Notes: a model not told the origin generated them from the sequence alone. Positions 49,511 to 59,931 are shown, numbered from the stretch's first letter. The stretch is 64,000 nt of DNA from a virus (IMGVR_UViG_3300032304_001269:10067-74066); one strand, 5' to 3'. Numbers and translations are program-made.

Positions 49511-51040
49511 ATGAGAGCATTTGAATTCCTATTAGTCGAAGCACAAGGCGGAATGTGGGATCGCATGTTAGAGAAAAAATCTGGTGCAAATATCCAGTTT
49601 CTTAACGGTAATCAAACTTACGAACTTGTTGATGTAGCAGTGTTTCCTCAAGATCAACGATTAAAATACGAATCTGATCCGGAAAATCCAGAAGATTTAG
49701 CTACTGACACCATGAAATTAGATATGGATCAATATCTAAAACAGCAGGGTGCATATGTACAAAAATACATAGGTGCTAAAAAGAATTCTGGTGCTGCAAT
49801 GGTAGTGATTATTGGTGATCAGAATAAGAAAATAGCATTTGTTAAATTTGTCAAAGAAAAGAAATCAACTCATCCTCCGATATATTGGCAGACCAGTGTG
49901 TTTACTCAAGACACAGGTTGGAGCCAAACAGGCAAAGGAAAATCAGCAACAGCTAAGGCTGCTGAAGTAAAAATTAGTCCATACGATTTTGTCAGACCCG
50001 GTCGGTATCAGATAACAGCTCTGCCTGGACTAATCGCACAAAATCTTAACGCTCGTCCGGCAGACTATCCCCAGAATTTAAAAGTAGGTCTCCCTGCACT
50101 GTTGGACGATTTAATAAAAAACACAGGTCCTGTGCCTAATCTAGAACAGTATTCCGACCAAGTTGAAGTGGTGTTTGGTGAAACCGCAGCACCTATAGCA
50201 TTAGCTTTAGGTAAGCGTGTTAGCGGAGCATATAAAGATGCTGAAAAAAATCTTTTAGGCAAACTAGAACCGCCATTGACTTGGGCCGACTTCAAAGAAG
50301 TGTCCTTTGGAGCATTCGGTGAAAAGATCGGAGACTCGTTCCTGCATTCAGGCGTAACTAAAATAATTATTAGCAGCAAGAATAAAAGTGGTGGGGCAGC
50401 AGCTAGTTTAACCGGTGCCATGGAAACCATCGACAAATACCCGGAAGATTTTGGTCCAGGTACTCCATTTGATCAAAAATATAGTGCTATACTTCCTACA
50501 CTTAAAAAACTGCATACAGAACAAGCTATTCCCGGAGTTCTAGCTGCATGTGAACTGCAAGGAATAATTACCAAAGAAGAAAGAGAATTTATTGTCAGTA
50601 TCTACGGTAAAGGAACAGGTACCGAGCAAGATCTGCAAAATCCAATGTATCCAAATTTGCCAAGCCTGTATCTAGCAAAGCAATTCCTTGGAAGACAGCA
50701 AATCAACAAAGCAGGAGATTTAGTTACTGCTAAACAAGGTGTGGATCTCAGTAATGCTAAATTTCAAATGGGGTATCACCTATTAGGAAATTGTGCCAAA
50801 CTGTTAAAAAATAGACTCAATGCTAACAGTGATTTAATGACTGATTTCTTTAAGGCAGTTCTAAACAAAGCAGCAATGGTGCAGGTGTATACCAATACAG
50901 ATCGTTCTTCTCAAGGAATATCATTCAGCGACTTTAATGTTGTATGGCCTCCTACTTTTACCGGAAGCATTCGAATCGAATCCGATCATTATACTTCTAA
51001 TGCAAAGCCCTCCAAAAAAATTAGTTTTGTATTCAAATAA
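49511..51040 (+). CDS. hypothetical protein
   Basis: 509 aa. Confidence 0.5.
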   Translation: MRAFEFLLVEAQGGMWDRMLEKKSGANIQFLNGNQTYELVDVAVFPQDQRLKYESDPENPEDLATDTMKLDMDQYLKQQGAYVQKYIGAKKNSGAAMVVIIGDQNKKIAFVKFVKEKKSTHPPIYWQTSVFTQDTGWSQTGKGKSATAKAAEVKISPYDFVRPGRYQITALPGLIAQNLNARPADYPQNLKVGLPALLDDLIKNTGPVPNLEQYSDQVEVVFGETAAPIALALGKRVSGAYKDAEKNLLGKLEPPLTWADFKEVSFGAFGEKIGDSFLHSGVTKIIISSKNKSGGAAASLTGAMETIDKYPEDFGPGTPFDQKYSAILPTLKKLHTEQAIPGVLAACELQGIITKEEREFIVSIYGKGTGTEQDLQNPMYPNLPSLYLAKQFLGRQQINKAGDLVTAKQGVDLSNAKFQMGYHLLGNCAKLLKNRLNANSDLMTDFFKAVLNKAAMVQVYTNTDRSSQGISFSDFNVVWPPTFTGSIRIESDHYTSNAKPSKKISFVFK

Positions 51041-51306
51041 ACTATCCTGTTAATCTAATTAGATAATTCTTCATGCTCCCCGTATAAATATTGTTATGAG
51101 TTGGTTTAACAGAAGTCCTCGAATTAAAGAACCCGCTAAACATCTACCCCATCATCGTACCAGTCCTGCTTCGGAAAAAATGTTAGACGAAGCAAAGAAA
51201 ACAGGACCTGAGAAAAAATCTTCCAAGAAAAAAGACAAGCAATAATCTCATCATATAACTCGCTGCCATTTTACTGTAAATAATTTTACATTAAGGAGCG
51301 AACCTA

Positions 51307-53412
51307 ATGAAATTATCTAAATCAGCCATGGTGGCGCTGGCTTTCCTGTTCACCTCAGTAGCAAATGCATTTGAGTCCGGCACAGACTATAATAGTGCAA
51401 ACATGTCTTATACCGCTAATAGCACTATCAGTCAAAATATAGTATTTGATAATGCGATGCAAAGTGGTGGTACACTGACTTTTTCAGTAGAAGCACACGC
51501 AGGTGGTGGTAGAAATCTACAACACGATACCGGTCAACTCAAACTAGAATACTACAACGGCAGCACTCTACTGGGTTCAAGTACTACCAGTTATGCCACA
51601 GGTAATCTACTACAAATGAATGCCTGGAGTTCAGGTCCAGGTGACAACTCAGAACCTTGGAGTACACTATCATTGACTTCTACTGATTGTGGTACTGCAG
51701 GCAGTTGTGCCAGTGTCACTCATGTCAAAGTTATCATGATTGGTACAGATACATCATGGTGGGCAGGTAATTATGGTCCACAATGGCGTGTACCAACAGT
51801 AACATTCACACCAACAGGTGGATCGGCGGGCAGCAACATATTGTATAATCCAGAGTTTGGTCTTGATCCAACAGGTGTATTTGCACAAGGTTGGACCAGT
51901 TCTTCCAGTTGGGGTGCTTGCGGTACAACCAGTGGATCTGTAATGTGTACAACCACAGCAGCCGGCGTCACAGCAAACATGAGCGGTGGCGGCTATGATG
52001 CCAATGGTGGTACTACAGCAGCAACACCAGGTGGATATACAGGTACATTGTCAGTTACATCATTTAGCGGCAGTGGCGGCGGATCAGGAAGTGGATCACC
52101 TACTGTAACAGGAACTACAACGACCAATCAAACTACCACCAGCAACAGCAGAGGCTCAAGTACAACCGCTACCAGCACAGTTGATGGTACGGCTTCAGAA
52201 ACAGATGTAGTGACCAGAGGAACCTCAGTCACTACAGTAGTTGAAACTAGAAATCGTGGTGATCAAACAGCAAAAACTCTAACTGTTAATCAGGTGTTCA
52301 CTACCACTGTGACCACACCGGTGACCACTACAACCACTACAGTTACACCTTACACCACAACTACCACAGTCACAACACCAGTAACAGTTACTACAGTCAC
52401 AACACCAGTAACAGTTACTACATACAGTGACGGAACATCAACAACTACAAACGGTACAGCCACTACCAGTACCAGTACCAGCGATGAAGTTGTTACCAGC
52501 GTTGTAGTAGGTACTACCACAACAGTTGCGGCTGTTACTGTGGATGAGGTGCTGTCCAGTGCCACAACCACAGCATATCAGACCAGAATTGATCAGTTTG
52601 ATAGACTAGCAGAAGCTAACATACGAGAAAATTCTATGTTAGTCAGCGATCCATTAATTCGTCATAGAGCCCACGACGGTGAAATTAAATTAATAGGTGC
52701 AAATGTCAACGAACGCACTGTGTTTGATATCACAGCATCGAGATCAGGTACCGATACTGTTGACGGATATCAATCAACTGCTAATCGGTACAGTTTAGGT
52801 ATAGCACATTTGGTAAAAACTGATTTAATGATCGGCGGACAGTTTAGTCAAATTAACCTAAACATGGATGGAAATAACAGCACAGGATCTTTGTATAAAA
52901 ATGCTGTAAATTTATACGCACTATGGACTAGAAACGATTGGTTAGTCAAAGGCGATGTTGGGCATGCAAAAAATAAATTTAATACCACTCACGCACTTCC
53001 TGATTTAAATTTATCAAATAGTGCCAGTGCCGCAGGCGAAGACTTATGGGCACAGGTAAGACTTTATACCCCTGCTAAGAAAGGCGTTAGATTGTTTGCT
53101 GGTGCTAGAAAAGAACAAAATCGTCGAGACTCGGCGACTGATTCAGGATCAGCACTATCAGCAGTTGACTATGCCGCAGTTAATAAGATAACTGATACCA
53201 CCGAAGCAGGTATACGTGTTGATCATTATGTCAACGACAAGATGAGTGTGTATGCAGAATACAGCCAAAACAGTAGACAGTTAGAAACTGGCAAAGCAGG
53301 CCTGAGCTTTATTTCTAAAAAGAATGCTACTATTCAAATAGGCACTATTCAACAAAGACAAAATGATCTACGAAACAGTGGCGCGATGTTAGAGTTGAAA
53401 ATTTTATTTTAA
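51307..53412 (+). CDS. secreted Thr/Val-rich repeat protein with C-terminal beta-barrel-like (autotransporter-like) region
   Basis: Signal peptide, a long (T/V)-rich PVTVTT repeat tract, and a C-terminal amphipathic-strand domain ending in LELKILF with a terminal Phe. Confidence 0.4.
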   Translation: MKLSKSAMVALAFLFTSVANAFESGTDYNSANMSYTANSTISQNIVFDNAMQSGGTLTFSVEAHAGGGRNLQHDTGQLKLEYYNGSTLLGSSTTSYATGNLLQMNAWSSGPGDNSEPWSTLSLTSTDCGTAGSCASVTHVKVIMIGTDTSWWAGNYGPQWRVPTVTFTPTGGSAGSNILYNPEFGLDPTGVFAQGWTSSSSWGACGTTSGSVMCTTTAAGVTANMSGGGYDANGGTTAATPGGYTGTLSVTSFSGSGGGSGSGSPTVTGTTTTNQTTTSNSRGSSTTATSTVDGTASETDVVTRGTSVTTVVETRNRGDQTAKTLTVNQVFTTTVTTPVTTTTTTVTPYTTTTTVTTPVTVTTVTTPVTVTTYSDGTSTTTNGTATTSTSTSDEVVTSVVVGTTTTVAAVTVDEVLSSATTTAYQTRIDQFDRLAEANIRENSMLVSDPLIRHRAHDGEIKLIGANVNERTVFDITASRSGTDTVDGYQSTANRYSLGIAHLVKTDLMIGGQFSQINLNMDGNNSTGSLYKNAVNLYALWTRNDWLVKGDVGHAKNKFNTTHALPDLNLSNSASAAGEDLWAQVRLYTPAKKGVRLFAGARKEQNRRDSATDSGSALSAVDYAAVNKITDTTEAGIRVDHYVNDKMSVYAEYSQNSRQLETGKAGLSFISKKNATIQIGTIQQRQNDLRNSGAMLELKILF
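52367..52420. repeat. 27-bp perfect tandem direct repeat (x2) inside the Thr-rich gene
   Basis: CAGTCACAACACCAGTAACAGTTACTA occurs twice in a row, encoding VTTPVTVTT repeats. Confidence 0.8.
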
Positions 53413-53433
53413 GTAAGGTAACCATGGGAGTTA

Positions 53434-53727
53434 ATGAAAACATTCGATAAAATATTATTAGGCATGGTAGCGGTGACAACCATACTTGCTCCGCTTGTGC
53501 CTAAAAATCTTAGTGTGAATATCGATCTAGGATCTTCCAGTAAGGCGAGATCTTATGTGTTTTCAGATGCAGACTGCGACCTTAGTTACAAAACCATCAC
53601 TGACACTGGTATACAAATCTGCGAATATCAGTGCAGAGACAAGGAAAAAACTAGAGTGTTTAAAACTTTAAATTCGCAATCTATGTGTTTAACAACCGTG
53701 GTTGAATCTATAAAACAATATCAGTGA
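53434..53727 (+). CDS. hypothetical secreted protein
   Basis: 97 aa. N-terminal hydrophobic signal; four Cys. Confidence 0.35.
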   Translation: MKTFDKILLGMVAVTTILAPLVPKNLSVNIDLGSSSKARSYVFSDADCDLSYKTITDTGIQICEYQCRDKEKTRVFKTLNSQSMCLTTVVESIKQYQ

Positions 53728-53866
53728 TGAAATCAACATCTTGGCGATTTTGGATTAATTTATTGTTGATATTTTATGTATTGACGTTTTTACCGCTTAC
53801 ACTGCACAGTTTGTTTTACAATGTAGCTGAAATTATCGTTGGTAAATAAAAGTTTAAGGAGCCATT

Positions 53867-54181
53867 ATGTTTAAAACAGCAATGGCGTTCCTATTCTGCC
53901 TAGTAGGCTCTATAGCACACGCCCAGGAGATTATTGATTTAACCAAACCAATGAAATGTTCAGATGTACGATCAGTTATGAACTATTTTGTAGACACACA
54001 TAAAGAAACCCCTGTCTGGGTTGGAAAATCCGTGCATAACACTTACATAACATTGTTGATGAATAAGGAAACTGGGTCATGGACTATGATAGAATATGAC
54101 ACTAGATTGGCATGTGTATTAGGTGCTGGTGAAGATAAGACAGGCAGCGATTCTAATTCTGTGCTGGGAACACCTATATGA
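53867..54181 (+). CDS. hypothetical secreted protein
   Basis: Signal peptide MFKTAMAFLFCLVGSIAHA. Confidence 0.4.
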   Translation: MFKTAMAFLFCLVGSIAHAQEIIDLTKPMKCSDVRSVMNYFVDTHKETPVWVGKSVHNTYITLLMNKETGSWTMIEYDTRLACVLGAGEDKTGSDSNSVLGTPI

Positions 54182-54185
54182 ACAG

Positions 54186-54944
54186 ATGTTATATATCTAT
54201 CAAGGATTTGTGCTGAAACTCTGTGGCATACTCTTTGGTTGGTTCTTGACCTGTCTTAGTATATCAGCTGAGGCAGGCGACCACTCACAGGCAATCACAG
54301 CAAAATCTTGGATAGTTGCTGATGCCCAAGGTACGGTGTTAACCAGTGACAATGTCAACCAACAAAGAAGCGTGGCCAGTATTACTAAGCTGCTTACTGT
54401 TATGGTGGTTCTTGATGCCAGACAAGATCTTGGGAAAAAGATTCAATCTCATACCAGGCAACAGTTAATCGATCTTACCTTAATACGTTCTAATAATTCT
54501 GCGGCAGAAAAACTCTGTCAAAATTATCCAGGTGGAAGGTCACGTTGTATTCGTGCAATGAATGACAAAGCTATTGAATTAGGCATGTATCAATCTAGAT
54601 TTGTGGATCCTAGCGGTCTCAATCGAGCCAATGTCAGTACAGCGTCGGATCTTGTTAAATTGGTACGTGCTGCTGAAACATATCCAAAAATAGTGACTGC
54701 CAGCAATACAAGCACATTGAAAATCAAACACAAAAAGAAGTATAGAATTTATAACAATACTAATCCTATTATAGCCAAAGGATATAAATTTCAAGTTAGT
54801 AAAACTGGATGGATCAATGCATCTGGAGGATGCATTGTAATGATGCTGGACACTGCCTTGGGAAAACGTATTGTGATTCTGCTAGGCAGTAAAAATACAC
54901 GCACCCGTATTCACGAAGCTGAATTAGTTGCTAATCTTAAATAA
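54186..54944 (+). CDS. D-alanyl-D-alanine carboxypeptidase/endopeptidase (peptidase S11, PBP5/7-like)
   Basis: SITK (SxxK) active site, a later SNN (SxN) motif and a KTG triad. Signal peptide present. Start taken at ATG 54186 within track ORF 54123..54944. Confidence 0.65.
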   Translation: MLYIYQGFVLKLCGILFGWFLTCLSISAEAGDHSQAITAKSWIVADAQGTVLTSDNVNQQRSVASITKLLTVMVVLDARQDLGKKIQSHTRQQLIDLTLIRSNNSAAEKLCQNYPGGRSRCIRAMNDKAIELGMYQSRFVDPSGLNRANVSTASDLVKLVRAAETYPKIVTASNTSTLKIKHKKKYRIYNNTNPIIAKGYKFQVSKTGWINASGGCIVMMLDTALGKRIVILLGSKNTRTRIHEAELVANLK

Positions 54945-55148
54945 CTACCCCAACACGATATAATTCTCTACTACTAATATTCTTAGGCTGTGCAGTTTAA
55001 ATATTAGTATGGCAAATTCATTTTTAGATGATCTACGAGAACAATTAGAACAGGTAAAGAATCCTGTGCTGTTCTTTGTAATCATGTGTGGAATATTTTT
55101 TGTCATCGGCACATTGGCCTTAACTGGTATATATTTTTATACCCGTCA

Positions 55149-55553
55149 TTAATTTTTTCTAGGATGGTCGATCAACCATTTCTCCAACTGTGCTAAATTT
55201 AAATCCCCGTCAAAGTGTTTCTTGAATGCCCGATAGAATCTTATCTTCTCTGGATCACCGTTGAATCGAGCCATAATCTGATCTTCTTCTAATTGTGCTC
55301 GTTGAAACTCTGGTAATAGTTCTTCATAGCTGTAATATCCAAACAGTATAAAACAAGCTAATACCGACGTTATGAAAATAAAGGCATTGATGTATTCATG
55401 GAATATGATTAGTATTGCAGGAACTAAAAATATACCAAGAATAGCACCTAATACTATTAGCAGTGTTTTAGTTACTGGATTCACTTGCCTGTTTCTCTGC
55501 TTTTTGTTGCTGTAGGAAAAGTTCGTATTCTTGCAACTTCTTTTGATGTTCAA
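55149..55553 (-). CDS. hypothetical membrane protein (possibly a C-terminal extension or frameshifted part of the upstream paralog)
   Basis: Overlaps the 3' end of 55468..56292 by 86 nt in another frame. Contains two TM segments. Confidence 0.3.
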   Translation of the reverse strand: MNIKRSCKNTNFSYSNKKQRNRQVNPVTKTLLIVLGAILGIFLVPAILIIFHEYINAFIFITSVLACFILFGYYSYEELLPEFQRAQLEEDQIMARFNGDPEKIRFYRAFKKHFDGDLNLAQLEKWLIDHPRKN

Positions 55554-56292
55554 ACCATTCTTGTTTTCTTACTTGTGCTAGTGTGTCTCTATATCTAGTG
55601 TCAGTTACACTACCCCAACGTTTTTGTGCATCGTGGGCAATCCACATAAACATGCCCATCATAACAAATACTATTATTACTGCGGCAATACCTACTGAAA
55701 TTTCAAATTGATAATGCGCCATTCGTTGTTTACGTAATCTGGCTTTTTCTATTTCTTTAACCATAAGAACTTTTTGCTGTGCTCCAAGTTCTTTGGTCAT
55801 AGATTCTACTTCTGTGTACAGCGCACCTAGTTCAGGCGGGCTTTGATATATCATTAGTTCGCGCAGTTCCTTGCCCATTTGTTCCAGTTGTTTTTGCATC
55901 AGCACACGTTTTAAGGCACGTTTGGCTAGGCTGTCACCACCTGAATATACTTCATTTTTTGATCGTTTTTCTTCGTCTTCAAGAACTGCTAGACATTTGA
56001 AATAGTTGTCATAGTATTGACCTAGATAGTCACCAATTTCTGTATAGATATTAGTGGCTTCTTCACTGCGTTTGTTTAGTTCTTTTACCCGGGTTTTTTC
56101 TTCATTGAGTTGTTTGACAGCAGCATCAGGTACTGGTTTGCCGTCATACTTTTTATGGAATTGATCATCAAGATCTTTGAGTACACCTTTTACATCGCCC
56201 GCCGCAGATTTGATGTCCTTGTAAAGTTGACACCCTTTCTTTACGGCCTGAACTGCGCCGTTGGCCAAGGCAAAGAGGGTAAACGGATCCAT
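55468..56292 (-). CDS. hypothetical protein, paralog A (C-terminal TM)
   Basis: The N-terminus MDPFTLFALANGAVQAVKKGCQLYKDIKSAAGDVKGVLKDLDDQFH is nearly identical to that of the neighbouring gene. Confidence 0.5.
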   Translation of the reverse strand: MDPFTLFALANGAVQAVKKGCQLYKDIKSAAGDVKGVLKDLDDQFHKKYDGKPVPDAAVKQLNEEKTRVKELNKRSEEATNIYTEIGDYLGQYYDNYFKCLAVLEDEEKRSKNEVYSGGDSLAKRALKRVLMQKQLEQMGKELRELMIYQSPPELGALYTEVESMTKELGAQQKVLMVKEIEKARLRKQRMAHYQFEISVGIAAVIIVFVMMGMFMWIAHDAQKRWGSVTDTRYRDTLAQVRKQEWFEHQKKLQEYELFLQQQKAEKQASESSN

Positions 56293-56316
56293 CTAGTCGC
56301 TCCAGAATCTCTATTT

Positions 56317-57105
56317 CTAATTATATTTATTGGGATAGCAGTCAACCCATTTCAGCCGATTATAATGTTCATATAACCACGTGCCTTTTGGTATTAGACA
56401 TATGCCTAGTTCTGGTTTGTTTTCGATCCTAATCTGAACTACAGCCCATATTAACCATACAAAATATATCACACACAATGTACTTAGACTCCAACAGGTT
56501 ATTCTATACTGTAGACGCTTTTTCCTACGTCTTGCTTGTTTAGCTTTTTCTACATTAGCTCTCATTTCGATAGCTACAGCACCAGCCTGTTCCTTGCCCA
56601 CTATTTTCATCATTTCTTCTACTTCGAGATACAACGGACCTAGTTCTGGTGGGCTTTGGTATACCATGATTTCACGTAGCTCTGCACCCATGGCATCCAA
56701 TTGTTTTCTTAATAGGACTCGTTGTAAGGCACGTTTGCCTATGCTATCTTCACCATGATAAACTTCGTACTTGCTGCGGCGCTCATCTTCGTCAAACACA
56801 GCCTTGCACTTGTAGAGATTGTCAAAGTATACACCCAATTGCTGTCCGATTTCAGTGTAGATATTAGTTGTATCACCAGCTTGTTTGTTTAAGTTGATTA
56901 CACGGTTTTTTTCTTCTATGTACTGATTCTTTTCAGCAACAGTTGGTTGACGGTCTTTGAATTTGTTATGGAATTGATCATCAAGATCTTTGAGGACATC
57001 TTTGATATCCCCAGCAGCACCCTTGATGTCTTTGTAAAGTTTGCAACCTTCCTTGACCAGTTTAACTGCGCCGTTGGCCAAGGCAAACAGTGTTAGCGGG
57101 TCCAT
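56317..57105 (-). CDS. hypothetical protein, paralog B (C-terminal TM)
   Basis: N-terminus MDPLTLFALANGAVKLVKEGCKLYKDIKGAAGDIKDVLKDLDDQFH. Collinear similarity to paralog A runs through the QSPPELG region. Confidence 0.5.
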   Translation of the reverse strand: MDPLTLFALANGAVKLVKEGCKLYKDIKGAAGDIKDVLKDLDDQFHNKFKDRQPTVAEKNQYIEEKNRVINLNKQAGDTTNIYTEIGQQLGVYFDNLYKCKAVFDEDERRSKYEVYHGEDSIGKRALQRVLLRKQLDAMGAELREIMVYQSPPELGPLYLEVEEMMKIVGKEQAGAVAIEMRANVEKAKQARRRKKRLQYRITCWSLSTLCVIYFVWLIWAVVQIRIENKPELGICLIPKGTWLYEHYNRLKWVDCYPNKYN

Positions 57106-57202
57106 TTATCGCTCCGAAATCCCTACTATACTGTTATTTACTTACTTGACAGATTTGTAAACTGGTGCTATAATATGAGTATATTTCTATAAAAGAGGAT
57201 CT

Positions 57203-58063
57203 ATGAAGATCAAACTTGTATCTGATTTGCATTTAGAATTCAGCGATTGCTTTGTCACAAACAACGACAACTGCGATGTGTTAATTCTAGGCGGCGATAT
57301 TATGGTGGCCCAGGATTTGCACGATCATCCAGAACCCTCTAATTCCGCAGATCAAATGGCGATTGCCAACAATACAGGATTAGGTCGTAGGCAGGCCAAT
57401 GCACAACGTTTCCGTGACTTCCTGAAGCGTTGTAGTTTCCAATTCCCTCACGTTATCTTTATTGCCGGCAACCATGAATTTTACAATGGCAAATTCTATG
57501 CTGGCATTGATTACCTACGTGAGGAGTGTGCTAAGTATCCTAACATTTATTTCTTAGAACAGGATACTAAGATTATCGACGATGTTGTATTTGTTGGCGG
57601 AACACTTTGGACCAATATGAATCGTCGTGATCCGCTTACAATGCATGCCATTGAAGGTATGATGAACGACTTCCGTATTATTCGTAACGATAAGAGAAAC
57701 TATGCCACTATGAGTCCGTTGGATGTTGCTGTACGTCACGATAGAACACTAGGCTATATCAAACTGATTGTTCAAGAAAACAAAGACAAACGGTGTGTGG
57801 TTGTTGGTCATCACAGTCCTAGCTTTCAAAGTGTACACCCGATGTATGCTCATGAAACGCTGATGAACGGTGGCTACCACAGTGACCTCAGTGAGTTCAT
57901 CTTGGATCATCCGCAGATCAAACTGTGGACACATGGTCATACTCATCATCCGTTTGATTATATGATCGGTGAGACTAGAATCGTGTGTAATCCGCGCGGT
58001 TATGAAAACGATGGTTATAGCGAACACACTGGATGGGATCCAGAGAAAGTAATTGAAGTATGA
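57203..58063 (+). CDS. calcineurin-like metallophosphoesterase
   Basis: VSDLHLE ... LILGGDI ... AGNHEF ... GHTHH motifs. Confidence 0.6.
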   Translation: MKIKLVSDLHLEFSDCFVTNNDNCDVLILGGDIMVAQDLHDHPEPSNSADQMAIANNTGLGRRQANAQRFRDFLKRCSFQFPHVIFIAGNHEFYNGKFYAGIDYLREECAKYPNIYFLEQDTKIIDDVVFVGGTLWTNMNRRDPLTMHAIEGMMNDFRIIRNDKRNYATMSPLDVAVRHDRTLGYIKLIVQENKDKRCVVVGHHSPSFQSVHPMYAHETLMNGGYHSDLSEFILDHPQIKLWTHGHTHHPFDYMIGETRIVCNPRGYENDGYSEHTGWDPEKVIEV

Positions 58064-58455
58064 ACATAACTGTTTACAGTCGGAATCGATTGTACGAAAC
58101 ATTTAGTAAATGGGACGTTCCTCGAGACTTTGCTGATCCTATGGCCAACTATTTGGTCTATGGATACAGTCCCGGCAGCTTCTTTACATCAGTGTTGGCA
58201 AATGACTTTCACAATGCTATTGCTCACAGTCATCCTGCTAACACTATAGAAGCACTCAAAATACTCAGTGGGTGGATAGGCGAGTGTATGCCCCTCGAAG
58301 CTCACGGCAGTTATGATATCGTTAGCAATTGGTGTTATCTGCCTCCTAACGCTCGTAGACAACTCTTAGAAAAATATAAATTGATCTACACTGAGAAAGA
58401 AGAAGTCATTATGGCTCTTCGAGAAGAATCTACAATTGAACCAATACTGTATTAA
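58060..58455 (+). CDS. hypothetical protein
   Basis: 131 aa, ATGA-coupled. Confidence 0.4.
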   Translation: MNITVYSRNRLYETFSKWDVPRDFADPMANYLVYGYSPGSFFTSVLANDFHNAIAHSHPANTIEALKILSGWIGECMPLEAHGSYDIVSNWCYLPPNARRQLLEKYKLIYTEKEEVIMALREESTIEPILY

Positions 58456-58467
58456 AGGAGTAGAAGC

Positions 58468-58644
58468 ATGATTAAACTTTGGTTAGCATTTATTATTCTT
58501 GCTGTTCTAATTCACTTTGGCATCCGTGCCTTGAGAAATATGAACGGTTTAGAACAATTAGCCTTGACAAAAAGCATAGGCTATAGTATACTTGTAACAC
58601 TGGCAGCAGTAATGTTGATGACAGTAATTGTAATTTTATTTTAA
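58468..58644 (+). CDS. small two-TM membrane protein (58 aa)
   Basis: AAAGGAG RBS. Not in the track. Sequence: MIKLWLAFIILAVLIHFG...LMTVIVILF. Confidence 0.4.
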   Translation: MIKLWLAFIILAVLIHFGIRALRNMNGLEQLALTKSIGYSILVTLAAVMLMTVIVILF

Positions 58645-58652
58645 GGAAAAAC

Positions 58653-59447
58653 ATGAAACGTATTTTTACTCTCTCTATTCTTGCTGCCGCAGTTTTGGCA
58701 ACAGGTTGTACTCGTATTGAAACTGGTGAAGTTGGTGTGCGAGTTGGCTTTGATCGCCAGATTCAGCCAGGTGAATTGTTGCCCGGATCATTCAATCAAA
58801 CTATGATAGGTGATGTGCTGACATTCCCTATCAAAGATGTGAATGTCACATTGGAAAACATGACTCCTGTAGCCAAAGACAATAGCACAATGAAAGACTT
58901 TGATGCTGTGGTAGTTTACAACATCAACCCACAGCAAGTGAGTGAGCTCTACGCAACCAAAAACAAGAGTTTCCACGCTGAATTTCGTGGCGACACTTAT
59001 GTCATGTACAACTACATTGTGCAAAATGCTCGCAATGCCATCTACAAAGCCGCACGTAAGTATGAAGCACTAGATATGGCAGACAATCGCACTGACATGG
59101 AAAACTTTATCAAAGAAGAAATTGCTCGCAATCTTGCTGAAGAAAAACTAGATGGTTCAGTCACCATTAGTCAGGTGATGATTCGTAATGTGTTACCTAG
59201 TGATACAGTGGTTGAATCTGCAAATGCATTGGTTCGCAGCAAAAACGAACTCAAGCAAAAAGAAGTTGAAGTCAAAACTGCCGAAGCAGAATCACGCAGA
59301 ATGGCAGCACTGGCTAATAACTCAGGTGCTAGTATTGCATTCATGCAAGCACAGGCTATGTTGAATATCAGTGAAGGTATCAAGAACGGTCAAGTGCAGA
59401 CAATCGTTGTGCCTTCAAACTTCAACGCATTGATGATGAACAAGTAA
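58653..59447 (+). CDS. SPFH/band-7-like lipoprotein
   Basis: Lipobox LATGC. IETGEVGVRVGF...PGELLPG...VVVYNINP resembles the SPFH-domain N-terminal block. Confidence 0.45.
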   Translation: MKRIFTLSILAAAVLATGCTRIETGEVGVRVGFDRQIQPGELLPGSFNQTMIGDVLTFPIKDVNVTLENMTPVAKDNSTMKDFDAVVVYNINPQQVSELYATKNKSFHAEFRGDTYVMYNYIVQNARNAIYKAARKYEALDMADNRTDMENFIKEEIARNLAEEKLDGSVTISQVMIRNVLPSDTVVESANALVRSKNELKQKEVEVKTAEAESRRMAALANNSGASIAFMQAQAMLNISEGIKNGQVQTIVVPSNFNALMMNK

Positions 59448-59472
59448 TTAGAAAGTCAGAGGCACATGACCT

Positions 59473-59931
59473 ATGAAAAAAATCTACTATGAAAAACGTG
59501 GGCGTAGGTATGTGCCTGTGAGTGAGTACGATAGTGAATACTTAGACAGTTTCTCCAAGGGCACACATATTGTAATGGTGTACCCAGGAGGTCAAAGCCG
59601 TCGCTACAACATCGATCCAGCCTATGCACCTATGATTGCTGCTGCTCGAGTAGCTGAAGATGAAATTTGTCGGGCAATCAGCAAAGCCAGCGAAATGCGG
59701 CCGGCACGTACTCTTATCACACCCGGTCAAAAGAAGGCCTGGGAAAAGCTAGCTAAAGAACTAGGCGATGAACTTGCTACTCTTAACGGATTGTGTATCC
59801 GCGATTGTGCTGAAGCAGGAGTTAAGGCCATGCAACAAGAAGCAGACAAATTAATGAAGCATGAAAGTGTTCGCAAGTCATACGAGCATTTTCAGTTGAT
59901 GTGCGAACTTACAAAGGAAAAAGAACAATGA
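59473..59931 (+). CDS. hypothetical protein
   Basis: 152 aa. Confidence 0.4.
   Translation: MKKIYYEKRGRRYVPVSEYDSEYLDSFSKGTHIVMVYPGGQSRRYNIDPAYAPMIAAARVAEDEICRAISKASEMRPARTLITPGQKKAWEKLAKELGDELATLNGLCIRDCAEAGVKAMQQEADKLMKHESVRKSYEHFQLMCELTKEKEQ

Noticed and set aside
51096-51245. 49-aa highly basic ORF (MSWFNRSPRIKEPAKH...KKKDKQ) in the gap before the Thr-rich gene
   Set aside because: No convincing RBS, and the composition looks like a random AT-rich translation. It is left unannotated.
52350-52571. Minus-strand ORF MVVALDSTSSTVTAATVVVV...
   Set aside because: It is generated by the reverse complement of the Thr/Val-codon repeat tract (including the 27-bp duplication) in the + strand gene.
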